Shown piece after piece: positions 9,698 through 20,515 of a stretch of DNA of 32,000 nt. Below the pieces are notes generated by a model. The model was not told the origin of the DNA. It did not search any database and was given only the letters and a program-made list of their open reading frames with translations. Each line of letters begins with the position of its first letter. Position 1 is the first letter of the stretch. The translations under genes were made by a program, and so were the position numbers. The stretch lies in contig OZ245049.1 of assembly GCA_965224465.1 (NCBI GenBank), forward strand, positions 180,001 through 212,000, read 5' to 3'. Source of the DNA: Flavobacteriaceae bacterium. GTDB lineage: Bacteria > Bacteroidota > Bacteroidia > Flavobacteriales > Flavobacteriaceae.

Positions 9698-10753
9698 TTA
9701 ATCAAACGCCAAGCGCTCTCCATCCATTGTTCCACGAGAATAATGTCCGTTTTCAATGATTAGAATTTCACCGTATTTTCCATTTTTTATACTGGAATCT
9801 ACAGCGTAAATTTTGTGATTATAGAGTTGTTTGACTTGTTTTTGAGAGGTATGTCCCACCACAACATGTTTTACATCCAGTGTATTCAAAATACCATCGA
9901 TTTGTTTTTCTGATAATTTATTTTTAAAATACCCTCTGTACCATACAGGTCCTTTCTTTCCTAAATACCTTTTGTAAAAAGGTGTTTCTTTCATCGTTGA
10001 TTTTTTCTGATCTATTGCCTTTCGAAATGCTTGATTTATGAATTCAATATCAAAAGTTTCTTCTAAAAACGTTTCAGAAATTCCACCATGCATAAACAAG
10101 TTGTCGTTTATTTTTAAAAGGGTAGCCTTTGAACGAATCCATCTTCCTAAAACGGTTTCTTTGCCAAACAATTCAGCATATCTTTTATTCAATAGTTTTT
10201 CGGTTATTTTGTATTTTGGATGGATATACCTGCGGTCGTTATGCAAGACCATAAATTCGTGGTTTCCAAGTAAGAAATGTACTTTTCCTCCAGCTTTTTC
10301 AGCTTGCTTTTCCAATTCATAAATAAACCAAAGAAACTCTGTGACTTTAGGTCCTCTATCAAAAATATCACCACAAATCACAAAATGACCTTTGCCTAAA
10401 TTCCAGTTGTTATTTAGGTCTATAACATGGTTGTTTTTTAATATTCTAATTCCTAAATCATGTTGGCCATGAATATCACTCAACGCCACAATCGTATCTA
10501 TATTTTTATAGACAGATATACTGGGACTAAAGTGCGTGCTATAAGCATCTAAACCTTTTATTTCGGTAATTACGGTGCCTTTTACAATCTGTTTGATGTT
10601 TAGATTGTTTGGGTTGATAAATACATAAGGACCATCGTCTATAGCTGTTGCATCAATTTCTGGTTCTTCCGAGCTTGTGTTTGAATGTTTACACGCCAAT
10701 ATTGTAACGCAGAGTAAGCAACAAAAAATGATGTTTTTAAAAGATGTATTCAT
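9698..10753 (-). CDS. Calcineurin-like/PPP-family metallophosphoesterase, predicted lipoprotein
   Basis: Lipobox (VTILAC). Ordered metallophosphatase motifs DIHGQ, GDIFDRGP, GNHE, HGG and GHT. Confidence 0.85.
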   Translation of the reverse strand: MNTSFKNIIFCCLLCVTILACKHSNTSSEEPEIDATAIDDGPYVFINPNNLNIKQIVKGTVITEIKGLDAYSTHFSPSISVYKNIDTIVALSDIHGQHDLGIRILKNNHVIDLNNNWNLGKGHFVICGDIFDRGPKVTEFLWFIYELEKQAEKAGGKVHFLLGNHEFMVLHNDRRYIHPKYKITEKLLNKRYAELFGKETVLGRWIRSKATLLKINDNLFMHGGISETFLEETFDIEFINQAFRKAIDQKKSTMKETPFYKRYLGKKGPVWYRGYFKNKLSEKQIDGILNTLDVKHVVVGHTSQKQVKQLYNHKIYAVDSSIKNGKYGEILIIENGHYSRGTMDGERLAFD

Positions 10754-10835
10754 ACGGGCTAATATACAAAAAAAAACAGATCGAATTTGTTTAGAATCTT
10801 GTTGTATTGCTTTATGGATAGAAAATCTGGATGAT

Positions 10836-10872
10836 AAAAAAACACGAAGACCAAAATGGAATTCGTGTTTTT
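10836..10872 (-). terminator. Rho-independent terminator downstream of purL, with bidirectional geometry
   Basis: The 8-bp stem AACACGAA/TTCGTGTT (10841-10848 with 10862-10869) has a 13-nt loop. An A-run precedes it and a T-run follows it on the + strand, so on the - strand it reads as a hairpin followed by TTTTTTT. Confidence 0.6.
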
Positions 10873-10921
10873 AAATGTTATTCGTAAAGGTTTTTTTGAA
10901 CGTATTCTTAGCTACTATTAC

Positions 10922-13900
10922 CTATTTATTCAACCAATTATAAGCATTTGTAAATGCTTCTAACCAAGGAGAAACTTCGTCTTGACGGTGAGCAGGATAA
11001 TGAGCCCAGTTCCATTGGAAAATTGAGCGCTCAATATGAGGCATCATTACTAGATGTCGTCCGTCTTTTGAATGCATCATAGCTACATTATAGTCAGATC
11101 CATTTGGATTGTGAGGATAGTCTTTATAGGTGTATTTGGCAGCAATGTTGTAGGCTGATTCTTCCAAAGGAAGGTTAAATTTACCTTCACCATGCGAAAT
11201 CCAAACCCCCAATGTTGTTCCTGCCAGGCTCTGTAGCATAATAGAATTATTTTCTTGTATTGTTACAGAAGTAAAGTTAGATTCATGCTTTTGAGAATCG
11301 TTGTGTTTTAATTTTCCGTGCTCTTTATGATCTGGATTAATCAACTCCAATTCCATTAATAATTGGCATCCGTTGCAAATACCTACCGATAAGGTGTTAT
11401 TTCTTTTAAAGAAATTGTCCAAGGCAGATTTTGCTTTTGGATTGTATTTGAATGCGCCAGCCCATCCTTTGGCAGAACCTAAAACGTCTGAATTGGAAAA
11501 ACCACCAACAGCACCAATAAACTGAATGTCTTCTAGTGTTTCTCTACCAGAAATAAGATCGGTCATGTGTACATCTTTTACATCAAAACCAGCTAAGTAC
11601 ATTGCATGTGCCATTTCTCTTTCAGAATTAGATCCTTTTTCACGGATGATGGCTGCTTTGATACGTTTTCCGTTGGTTTGAGGTAATTTACCTTCAAATG
11701 TAGATGGGAAAACAAATTTTAACGGTTGTTCTGCATAGTTATCAAAACGCTCTTGCGCCTTATTATTAGCGGTTTGTTTTTGATCTAATAAGAACGATGT
11801 TTCGTACCAAGCATCACGCATGGCGGAAATATCAAAACTATAAGCGTTTTCTCCATTGGTAATTTCTAAAGCTTCACCGCGCATGGCTTTTCCGATATTT
11901 AGAACATCAATTCCAGCGGCTTTTAAATCAGCTTCTATGTTTGGATCCCAAGATTGGAATACAATTCCAGAATTTTCTGAGAACAATAATTTTATGGTAT
12001 CCGACTCATTTAAAGCAGTTATATCTACCTGAGCTCCCACCATGTCTTGCGAAAAACTCATTTCTAACAAGGTTGTTAATAAACCACCTGCAGAAACATC
12101 GTGTCCAGCTGCAATTTTTCCTGCTTTGATAAGGTCTTGAATTGCGTTAAATGTCTTTTTAAAATAGGCAGCATCTTTAATTGTAGGGACTTCACTACCA
12201 ATGCTGTTTTGTGTTTGTGCAAAAGAAGAACCTCCTAATTTATAACTGTCTTTACTAAGGTTGATATAGTAAATGCGATTCAATCCGTTTTTTTGAAAAA
12301 CAGGCTCAATTACATTGCCAATGTCAGAACAATGAGCAGCAGCTGATATAATAACAGTTCCAGGAGAAATTACGTCCTCGTTTGGATATTTTTGTTTCAT
12401 TGATAAGGAATCTTTCCCTGTAGGGACATTGATTCCTAATTCAATAGCAAAATCAGAAATTCCTTTTACAGCTTTGTATAAGCGGGCATCTTCACCTTCA
12501 TTTTTACAAGGCCACATCCAGTTAGCAGAGAGTGATACAGAGTGTAAATTCTCTTTTAAAGGAGCCCAAATTATATTAGTTAATGCTTCTGCAATGGAAT
12601 TGCGAGAACCTGCGATAGGATCTACCAAACCAGAAATAGGGGAGTGCCCAATACTGGTGGCTACACCTTCTTTTCCGTTGTAATCCAATGCCATTACACC
12701 TACATTGTTTAGTGGTAATTGTAAGGGGCCTGCACATTGCTGTTTGGCTACTTTTCCACCTACACAACGGTCAACTTTATTTGTCAACCAGTCTTTACAA
12801 GCTACAGATTCTAGCTGTAATACTTGTGTGGTATACTCATGTATTTTATCAATAGTATAGGTAGCGTCCTTGTAGTTTCTTGTGATGGTTTTGTCTATCA
12901 TTACCGTTTTAGGAGAACTCCCAAACATGTCTTCCAAGGCTAAATCCATTGGCTTGTCACCATTGGTCTTACTTTCAAAGGTAAAACGATCATCGTCTGT
13001 AACAACTCCAACTTGGTAAAAAGGAGAGCGTTCACGTTCTGAAATGGTTTTTAAGGTCCCAATATGTTCGTCAGAAATAACCAATCCCATGCGTTCTTGA
13101 GATTCGTTTCCAATAATTTCTTTGGCAGATAGGGTTGGATCTCCAACAGGCAATGCGTCTAGATCTATATTTCCTCCTGTTTCTTCTACCAATTCAGAAA
13201 GGCAGTTTAAATGTCCACCTGCACCGTGGTCATGAATAGAAACAATAGGATTGATATCGCTTTCTACCATTGCACGAATCGCATTTGCAGCACGTTTTTG
13301 CATTTCTGGATTTGAACGTTGAATGGCATTTAATTCGATGCCAGAGTTAAATACACCCGTATCAGCGGATGAAACAGCTGCTCCACCCATTCCTATGCGG
13401 TAATTATCGCCTCCTAGAAGTACTATTTTATCACCTTTTTGAGGGGTGTCTTTTAATGCTTGTTCTTTTTTACCGTAGCCAATTCCTCCTGCTTGCATGA
13501 TTACTTTGTCGAAACCTAGTTTGCGATCACTTTCTTCATGTTCAAAAGTAAGTACAGATCCTGTAATTAACGGTTGTCCAAATTTATTACCAAAATCAGA
13601 AGCTCCATTGGATGCTTTGATTAAGATATCCATAGGAGTTTGATACAACCATGGGCGTTCTTCCATTGCTTGTTCCCATGGTCGATTTTCTTTTAATCGA
13701 GAATAAGAAGTCATGTATACAGCTGTTCCTGCCAATGGTAAGGATCCTTTTCCTCCGGCCAATCTGTCTCTAATTTCACCTCCTGCACCTGTTGCAGCAC
13801 CGTTAAAAGGTTCTACAGTGGTTGGGAAGTTATGGGTTTCTGCTTTTATTGAAATTACCGAATTAAAATCTTTTTTCTCATAAAAGTCGGGTTTGTCAGC

Positions 13901-14575
13901 CGATTTAGGCGCAAATTGTTCCACTCTTGGGCCGTCAATAAAAGCAACATTATCTTTATAAGCAGAGACAATGTTTTGTGGGTTTTGTTTTGCTGTTTCC
14001 TTGATCAGTTTAAATAAGGAAGTTGGCATTTCTTCTCCATCAATGACAAAAGTTCCATTGAAAATTTTATGACGACAGTGTTCTGAATTTACCTGAGAGA
14101 ATCCAAAAACCTCGGAATCAGTGAGTTTTCTGTTTAACTTTTTCGATAGTTTGTTTAAATAGTCCACTTCATCAGCGCTCATAGCCAATCCTTCTTGTTG
14201 ATTGTAACGAGCGATATCATCAATGTCTAATATAGGTTCTGGTTGCGTATCAACCGTGTAAATTTCTTGATTTAATGATTGGAATTGCTGACTTAACATG
14301 GGGTCAAATTCCGCTTCCTTTGGACTCGAAATATACTCTTCAATACGGATAATACCTGCTATATCCATGTTTTGAGTGATTTCTACAGCATTGGTACTCC
14401 ATGGAGAAATCATGGCTGCACGGGGTCCTACAAATATTCCTTCAACAGTATTGCCTAAGGTTTTAGTGACATCACCAAAAAGCCAGTTTAATTTAGAAAT
14501 AGTATCTGAACTAAGTTCTTTTGACGTTTGCACAGCAAAAATTTTACTGTTTGGGTTCCCAAAGAAATGAATCAT
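10922..14575 (-). CDS. purL: Phosphoribosylformylglycinamidine (FGAM) synthase, single-chain large form
   Basis: 1217 aa. Motifs include SEHCRHKIF, the AIR-synthase-like repeats, and a C-terminal class I amidotransferase domain (GICNGCQLL, SHGEG, MMPHIER). Confidence 0.95.
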   Translation of the reverse strand: MIHFFGNPNSKIFAVQTSKELSSDTISKLNWLFGDVTKTLGNTVEGIFVGPRAAMISPWSTNAVEITQNMDIAGIIRIEEYISSPKEAEFDPMLSQQFQSLNQEIYTVDTQPEPILDIDDIARYNQQEGLAMSADEVDYLNKLSKKLNRKLTDSEVFGFSQVNSEHCRHKIFNGTFVIDGEEMPTSLFKLIKETAKQNPQNIVSAYKDNVAFIDGPRVEQFAPKSADKPDFYEKKDFNSVISIKAETHNFPTTVEPFNGAATGAGGEIRDRLAGGKGSLPLAGTAVYMTSYSRLKENRPWEQAMEERPWLYQTPMDILIKASNGASDFGNKFGQPLITGSVLTFEHEESDRKLGFDKVIMQAGGIGYGKKEQALKDTPQKGDKIVLLGGDNYRIGMGGAAVSSADTGVFNSGIELNAIQRSNPEMQKRAANAIRAMVESDINPIVSIHDHGAGGHLNCLSELVEETGGNIDLDALPVGDPTLSAKEIIGNESQERMGLVISDEHIGTLKTISERERSPFYQVGVVTDDDRFTFESKTNGDKPMDLALEDMFGSSPKTVMIDKTITRNYKDATYTIDKIHEYTTQVLQLESVACKDWLTNKVDRCVGGKVAKQQCAGPLQLPLNNVGVMALDYNGKEGVATSIGHSPISGLVDPIAGSRNSIAEALTNIIWAPLKENLHSVSLSANWMWPCKNEGEDARLYKAVKGISDFAIELGINVPTGKDSLSMKQKYPNEDVISPGTVIISAAAHCSDIGNVIEPVFQKNGLNRIYYINLSKDSYKLGGSSFAQTQNSIGSEVPTIKDAAYFKKTFNAIQDLIKAGKIAAGHDVSAGGLLTTLLEMSFSQDMVGAQVDITALNESDTIKLLFSENSGIVFQSWDPNIEADLKAAGIDVLNIGKAMRGEALEITNGENAYSFDISAMRDAWYETSFLLDQKQTANNKAQERFDNYAEQPLKFVFPSTFEGKLPQTNGKRIKAAIIREKGSNSEREMAHAMYLAGFDVKDVHMTDLISGRETLEDIQFIGAVGGFSNSDVLGSAKGWAGAFKYNPKAKSALDNFFKRNNTLSVGICNGCQLLMELELINPDHKEHGKLKHNDSQKHESNFTSVTIQENNSIMLQSLAGTTLGVWISHGEGKFNLPLEESAYNIAAKYTYKDYPHNPNGSDYNVAMMHSKDGRHLVMMPHIERSIFQWNWAHYPAHRQDEVSPWLEAFTNAYNWLNK

Positions 14576-14626
14576 TATGTGTGTGTTAGGGTTGTTTTTA
14601 AAAATGCAAATTTACAGAATATAATT

Positions 14627-14664
14627 AAAAAAAAAGCACAATAAAATGAGTTTATTGTGCTTTT
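14627..14664 (-). terminator. Rho-independent terminator downstream of the DEAD-box helicase gene
   Basis: Stem AAAAGCACAATAAA/TTTATTGTGCTTTT with loop ATGAG (14646-14650). On the - strand the hairpin is followed by a T9 run (A-run 14627-14635 on the + strand). Confidence 0.8.
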
Positions 14665-14674
14665 AAAATGTTTG

Positions 14675-15991
14675 TTACGAGTCGTTATTTCTAGCTCGTG
14701 ACGGTGTTCTTTTTTTATTTCGAGATTTGTTTCTGTTAAAATTTCCAGATCTCGATTGCTGCGAGTCTTCTCCTTTATTAGAGGTTGACTTCCTAAAGTT
14801 CTTTCTAGGTTTTGGTTTCGGCTTTTCTGATTTTACAGGTGCTTCATCAATCTCTCCTTCGAAAGGATGTTCTGTTATAACAGGTATTTTTTGATTGATT
14901 AATTTTTGAATGTCTCTCAAATATGCTTTCTCTTCTTGATTACAGAAGGATAAGGCAATTCCACTTTCCTTAGCTCTACCTGTACGCCCAATTCGATGTA
15001 CATAGGTTTCAGAAATGTTTGGTAAATCGTAATTAATTACCAAAGCTAGTTTTGAAACATCAATTCCCCTTGCTGCAATATCAGTAGCTACTAGCACAAA
15101 AAGATCTCCAGATTTGAATTTCCCCAATGCTTTTTGTCGTGCTGCTTGCGATTTATTTCCGTGAATGGCTTCTGCTTTAATACCCGCTTGTCCCAATTGC
15201 TTTACTACTTTATTTGCACCGTGTTTGGTTCTTGAAAATACCAAGGTAGATTGCTTAGGGCGTTCTTCTAAGATATGTACAAGCAATTTAGTTTTGTTCT
15301 TTTTAGATACAAAATAAACACCTTGCTCTATCTTGTCTGCAGTTGCTTTTTCTGGAGTAATGGTAACCTTTCCAGGGTTTCCAAGAATTTTCGCAGACAA
15401 ATCCCGAATGGATTGTGGCATGGTTGCAGAGAAAAATAATGACTGTCTTTTAGCAGGTAATATCTTTAATAACTTTTTAATATCATGTATAAACCCCATG
15501 TCTAGCATTTGGTCTGCTTCATCTAGTACAAAGTATTCCAAGTCGCGTAAGTTGATAAAACCTTGATTAATCAAGTCTAACAAACGCCCAGGTGTTGCCA
15601 CTAGAATATCTACCCCTTGGCGTAAAATACGTGTTTGCTGTGCTTGTTTAACACCTCCAAAAATCACAGTATTTTTCACATCTGCATATTCTCCATACTC
15701 AGTGAAATTTTCACCAATTTGAATGGCTAACTCTCGGGTAGGTGTTACCACGAGTGCTTTTATTTTTCGACGTCCTTTTTGCTCTGGACGTCTATTATTA
15801 TATATATGTTGTAATATCGGAATTCCAAACGCTGCCGTTTTTCCTGTACCAGTTTGTGCACAACCTAATAAATCTTCTCCTTTTAATAGGATAGGGATGG
15901 ATTTTGCTTGTATTGGGGTAGGGTGGGTATATCCTTTGGCTTCTAATGCCTTTAGGATGGGTTGGATAATTCCTAGTTCTTTAAATGTCAT
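14675..15991 (-). CDS. DEAD-box ATP-dependent RNA helicase (RhlE-like) with a basic C-terminal tail
   Basis: Q motif GYTHPTPIQ, AQTGTGKT (motif I), PTRELA, DEAD, SAT, HRIGRTGRA, and a Lys/Arg/Ser/Asn-rich tail. Confidence 0.95.
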   Translation of the reverse strand: MTFKELGIIQPILKALEAKGYTHPTPIQAKSIPILLKGEDLLGCAQTGTGKTAAFGIPILQHIYNNRRPEQKGRRKIKALVVTPTRELAIQIGENFTEYGEYADVKNTVIFGGVKQAQQTRILRQGVDILVATPGRLLDLINQGFINLRDLEYFVLDEADQMLDMGFIHDIKKLLKILPAKRQSLFFSATMPQSIRDLSAKILGNPGKVTITPEKATADKIEQGVYFVSKKNKTKLLVHILEERPKQSTLVFSRTKHGANKVVKQLGQAGIKAEAIHGNKSQAARQKALGKFKSGDLFVLVATDIAARGIDVSKLALVINYDLPNISETYVHRIGRTGRAKESGIALSFCNQEEKAYLRDIQKLINQKIPVITEHPFEGEIDEAPVKSEKPKPKPRKNFRKSTSNKGEDSQQSRSGNFNRNKSRNKKRTPSRARNNDS

Positions 15992-16608
15992 AAATTTATT
16001 TCTGCGGCAAATGTACTGTTTTAATTTTTAGTGTTAGCTATTTGTGTTAAATCGTACGTTTTAGATGTTAGATTTATGGATAAATAAGTAACTTTTAAGT
16101 TGTGGTTTTGTAGCTGTCTGTATTGAAACATGTTAGGTTTAGGTGGAATCCCTGTTCATTTCATTTTCTGAGCCTTTATCAAAATAGGTATTTGATTAAT
16201 TGCTTTACTATAATAGGTCTGTTTTGCATGCTCATACCAAATACATTTCCAAGTGACGGTTTAGAAATGGAATTATTTTTGTTTTAGCTAGGTGCATACT
16301 ATAAGGATGGCTATTCAGTTCTTATTTTGCTATTTTTTTATGAAATATTAGAAGGAGATGCTTTAAAAGTATTTTTATACCTGTTTTTTTGATAGGATGT
16401 TGGTATGTAATTCGCAATTTTAGACACCATGGAATTATCGCTATCAATACTCAGTGATTCTTCTTTCTTTTTAATGATTTGAAACTCGTTTTAAATCGAT
16501 AACAATCTTTTTTACAGGGTGTTAAATCCACTGAAATTCAAACAATAAGCTTCAGATTTATAAAATATTGATTCAAATTACTTACATTCGTTTTTAAAAA
16601 ACAGAAAA

Positions 16609-17250
16609 ATGAAAAATATTTTATACAGCTTTTTGATTTCGGTGCTTTTAGTTACTTCCTGTAAATATAGAGGAACACAAAATTTACCGCAATTAAAAAA
16701 AGCATTTAAAAATCAAATAGCGAAGTTCGAAAAACAAAAAGAACGGACCGATTCTAAAGTAGAAACTGGGGTGAAAAAGTTAAGTGCTTTTGAACAAGCA
16801 CTGAAAAATGCAAGTGATGTAGATAAAGAATTCAAACGCATTTATACCTATTGGCATCGGGTTGATAAAAACACTCAAAAACTTAATAAAGAGTATTTAG
16901 AACTCAAAGAGAATGCACGAGCGCTATTTGCTGCTTTAAAAACACAGACAAATAGTTTGAAAGATCTAAAAACGAAGAGTGAATTATCTAGGGCATTGAA
17001 TAAAACAAGAATAGATTATTTTAAAGTATTGCATAAGACGTCTTTGGCTATTGATAAGTTAAATAATTTACATGGGGATGCATTGGAAATTATAAAAGCC
17101 TTAGAGGTGGCAGTTGCGCTAGGGCAAATTTCTGATATTCAAGCAGGATTGACAAATATAGAAAGTCAAGTAGCAGGAATTATGGAGGAATTAAATCAAA
17201 CAATTGTGGAAAGTAAAGACTTATATGAGAAACGCATGAAAGGACTGTAA
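16609..17250 (+). CDS. Hypothetical coiled-coil lipoprotein, possibly DUF2959-like (weak recollection only)
   Basis: Lipobox LLVTSC. The rest is Lys/Glu/Leu-rich and predicted helical. No catalytic motifs. Confidence 0.5.
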   Translation: MKNILYSFLISVLLVTSCKYRGTQNLPQLKKAFKNQIAKFEKQKERTDSKVETGVKKLSAFEQALKNASDVDKEFKRIYTYWHRVDKNTQKLNKEYLELKENARALFAALKTQTNSLKDLKTKSELSRALNKTRIDYFKVLHKTSLAIDKLNNLHGDALEIIKALEVAVALGQISDIQAGLTNIESQVAGIMEELNQTIVESKDLYEKRMKGL

Positions 17251-17358
17251 GAACTTTTGAATATTTTAGCGATACGCTGTTCTCTATTGTGTGATTAAGA
17301 ATCAATAAATTCTAAATTACCATTCGCACATCCCATAATATATCCGTAATTTCGCGGC

Positions 17359-18513
17359 ATGGAATCATTAGAGCAATTATTTATTACGATTAAAGAGAGT
17401 TTGAGCAATTCAGATTTTGTAAAACTTACCCTGAGCAAGCCGATAAAAAAAGGAGATGAACTCCCAAATGTGTATATCCGTTTGGTTCGTATTAAAGAAG
17501 AGGAATTGTTTCAGTTTACCTATCATTATACAAGCAATGATCAGGTTAAAAATTACAGCTATGAAGCTACGTGTAAAGAATTAGAGATTTTATTGACAGA
17601 TAGCTTTAGGACTGCTACTTTGTTTATGCTAAGTGGAGACTTATTAGTATTTGTATCAAAGAAGAAAAAAATCACGTACCGTTCTACGGCAGCGAGTTTT
17701 AAAAATAAGCTGCCAGAATCACATGACAATCCTAAAGAAAAACGAGCCCAAAAAGGGAGCTATTTAAGGTATTTAGGCATTACAGATATTCATGATAATA
17801 TCATCCCTAAAATGGCGGATAAATACCGTCAAATCAATAAGTACTTAGAGATTATTGAAGGTTTGTTAAAGAATGCTCATTTACCAAAACATATTAAAAT
17901 TGTGGATATGGGCTCAGGAAAAGGCTATTTAACCTTTGCCTTGTACGACTATCTGGTGAATGTAAAAAAATATTCTGCTGCTGTTATTGGAATTGAATTG
18001 CGTCAAAGTTTGGTGGATTATTGCAATGATATTGCTGAGAAGTGTGGGTTTGAAAACCTGAATTTTGTAGCACAAAAAATTCAAGAATTTGACAATAATA
18101 AAATAGATATTTTAATCGCCTTACACGCCTGTGATACTGCAACGGATGATGCTATATATAAAGGACTCGTAGCAAAAGCAGCATTAATTATCTGTGCGCC
18201 TTGTTGTCATAAGCAAGTGCGTCAACAGGTAAAAGGAATTCCTCAGGAAAGTCCATTGTTAAAACACGGTATTTTTAAAGAGCGTCAGTTTGAGATGATT
18301 ACGGATACTATCAGAGCCTTAATTTTAGAAAAGCATAATTATCAAACCATGGTGTTTGAATTTATAAGTAATGAACATACACGTAAAAATGTGATGTTGG
18401 TTGGTACCAAATCAAATAAAAAGGGAGATACTGTAAAACTTGATGAAAAAATAAGAGCACTCAAAGAAGCTTATCATATAGAAGAACATTATTTAGAGAA
18501 ATTGTTTGTGTAG
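17359..18513 (+). CDS. Class I SAM-dependent methyltransferase (Methyltransf_32/METTL25-like architecture) with an N-terminal extension of about 150 aa
   Basis: Motif I VDMGSGKGYLTFAL, post-I IGIEL, and then LHACDTATD and ICAPCCHKQ Cys-containing motifs. Confidence 0.75.
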   Translation: MESLEQLFITIKESLSNSDFVKLTLSKPIKKGDELPNVYIRLVRIKEEELFQFTYHYTSNDQVKNYSYEATCKELEILLTDSFRTATLFMLSGDLLVFVSKKKKITYRSTAASFKNKLPESHDNPKEKRAQKGSYLRYLGITDIHDNIIPKMADKYRQINKYLEIIEGLLKNAHLPKHIKIVDMGSGKGYLTFALYDYLVNVKKYSAAVIGIELRQSLVDYCNDIAEKCGFENLNFVAQKIQEFDNNKIDILIALHACDTATDDAIYKGLVAKAALIICAPCCHKQVRQQVKGIPQESPLLKHGIFKERQFEMITDTIRALILEKHNYQTMVFEFISNEHTRKNVMLVGTKSNKKGDTVKLDEKIRALKEAYHIEEHYLEKLFV

Positions 18514-19000
18514 CAGCAGCGTAAAAAGCGCTTGTAGCAATCCGAAGAATTTGATATAGGTTTGTTTTGAATTAGAGAATTACCTAATTCTTAAAAAAAA
18601 AATGTATATTGATCAAGACCAATCTTCACAAAGCGAACTAAGTGATGGGAGATTATTTATTAACAAATTGAAATTGTTATGAACATGCTTGTGTAAAAAA
18701 ATACATGCTCATTTAGAAATATGTTCATATAATTTACCCTACTTTCGTTTGTAGGAAAACAAAAATAATTGCATTTTACCTTGGGTGTTAGTTTATTAAT
18801 TACAAGTGTACTACCAATTACAATCCAAAATGACTGATATAAATAGGTTGTTTTACGTTCTAGTGTTGTTATAAAAAAGAACGATAGTGAAGGTTCTCTA
18901 TCCGTTTTTTGACTAGCTAAAACAAAAAATAATTCCATTTCTAAATCGTCACTGGAAATGTATTTGGTATAATTAAGTATAAAAAAGAAGTAGATTATCA

Positions 19001-20515
19001 ATGGAGAATAAACAACCTGAATCAGGAAATTGGAAGAATAAAAAACCAGTCATTAATTTAGAGAAGGGAAAAGTGCCTCCACAGGCATTGGATCTTGAAG
19101 AAGCCGTGTTAGGCGCTATGATGATTGATAAGAAAGGGGTAGATGATGTTATTGATATATTGTCTCCAGAAGCATTTTATAAAAAAGCACATAAGCTTAT
19201 TTATGGTGCTATTTTCACCCTATTTCAAAATTCTGAGCCCACAGATTTATTAACCGTTGCCAATCAATTAAAAAAAGAAGGAAATTTAGAAAAAGCAGGA
19301 GGTGATTATTATATAGTTTCCTTGACTCAGAAAGTTGCTTCTTCTGCTCATATCGAGTTTCATGCTCGGATTATTTTGCAGAAATCTATTCAACGAAGTT
19401 TAATTAGTATTTCAGCTGATATTATTGAGGAAGCCTATGACGAAGCTATAGATGTATTTGATTTATTAGACAGTGCAGAGACTAAATTATTCGAAATCAC
19501 ACAAGGAAATCTTAAAAAAGGGGCAGATAGTGCAGAGTCTTTAGTAACGGAAGCTATTAAAAAGATTGAAGAAATTTCTAATAAAGAAGGGATGAGTGGT
19601 GTAGCCACTGGGTTTACCAAGTTAGATGCGCTAACTTCTGGATGGCAACCTTCGGATTTAATTATTATTGCAGCACGTCCCGGTATGGGGAAAACGGCAT
19701 TTGTACTGTCCATGGCAAAAAACATGGCCATTTTATTTAATCAACCTTGTGCTGTGTTTTCTTTGGAGATGTCATCAATACAGTTAATTACACGTATGAT
19801 TTCTTCCGAAACAGGGATTTCATCGAGTAAATTAAGAAAAGGTAATTTGGAACCGCATGAGTGGGAACAGTTGAATGTAAAGGTAAAAAACCTTTCAAAT
19901 GCCCCTATTTTTATTGATGATACACCATCACTTTCTATCTTTGACTTACGTGCAAAAGCAAGAAGATTAGCTTCTCAACACGGAATAAAATGTATTGTGA
20001 TCGATTATTTACAGTTAATGACTGCTGGTGGAACTGGAGGGAATCGTGAACAAGAAATATCATTGATTTCTCGAAATCTAAAAGCATTGGCAAAAGAATT
20101 AAACATTCCTGTAATTGCCTTGTCTCAGTTATCCCGTGCTGTAGAGACACGTGGAGGAAGCAAGCGTCCGTTACTTTCGGATCTTCGTGAATCTGGTGCA
20201 ATTGAGCAGGATGCAGATATTGTATCTTTTATATTTAGACCCGAATATTATGGTCTTATGGAATGGGATGATGATGAAAGATCACCTTGTGAAGGGCAAG
20301 CTGAATTTATCATTGCAAAGCATCGTAATGGTGGTTTAGAAAATATTAGAATGAAATTTACAGGACACTTAGCCTTGTTTTCTGATTTAGAAGAAGGTAC
20401 AGGAACCGAGTTTGAGTCTAAAATGAATACAGAATTTAATAGCGAGGTTAGTGCAGGGACAATGCCTACTACTGATCAAGCATTTGATATAGGAGGCAAT
20501 GATACACCATTTTAA
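19001..20515 (+). CDS. dnaB: Replicative DNA helicase DnaB
   Basis: N-terminal PPQALDLEEAVLGAMM motif, Walker A ARPGMGKTAF, Walker B VIDYLQLM, LSQLSRAVE, EQDADIV and KHRNG. At 504 aa there is no room for an intein. Confidence 0.95.
   Translation: MENKQPESGNWKNKKPVINLEKGKVPPQALDLEEAVLGAMMIDKKGVDDVIDILSPEAFYKKAHKLIYGAIFTLFQNSEPTDLLTVANQLKKEGNLEKAGGDYYIVSLTQKVASSAHIEFHARIILQKSIQRSLISISADIIEEAYDEAIDVFDLLDSAETKLFEITQGNLKKGADSAESLVTEAIKKIEEISNKEGMSGVATGFTKLDALTSGWQPSDLIIIAARPGMGKTAFVLSMAKNMAILFNQPCAVFSLEMSSIQLITRMISSETGISSSKLRKGNLEPHEWEQLNVKVKNLSNAPIFIDDTPSLSIFDLRAKARRLASQHGIKCIVIDYLQLMTAGGTGGNREQEISLISRNLKALAKELNIPVIALSQLSRAVETRGGSKRPLLSDLRESGAIEQDADIVSFIFRPEYYGLMEWDDDERSPCEGQAEFIIAKHRNGGLENIRMKFTGHLALFSDLEEGTGTEFESKMNTEFNSEVSAGTMPTTDQAFDIGGNDTPF

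Noticed and set aside
18571-18600. The hairpin AGAATTA-CC-TAATTCT followed by an A10 run, as a terminator for the methyltransferase gene
   Set aside because: On the + strand the hairpin is followed by A residues, not T residues. A minus-strand terminator makes no sense here because no minus-strand gene lies upstream. It is a weak 7-bp A/T stem.
18660-19001. A 113-aa minus-strand ORF in the gap upstream of dnaB
   Set aside because: The translation is low-complexity and rich in Phe/Ile/Leu/Tyr. It lies in A/T-rich intergenic DNA, has no motifs, and its first base overlaps the dnaB start codon on the opposite strand. It is most likely a chance ORF, and the region is better read as the dnaB promoter or leader.
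19001-20515. An intein or insertion in DnaB
   Set aside because: At 504 aa, with contiguous Walker A/B and C-terminal motifs, it matches an ordinary DnaB with no extra segment.
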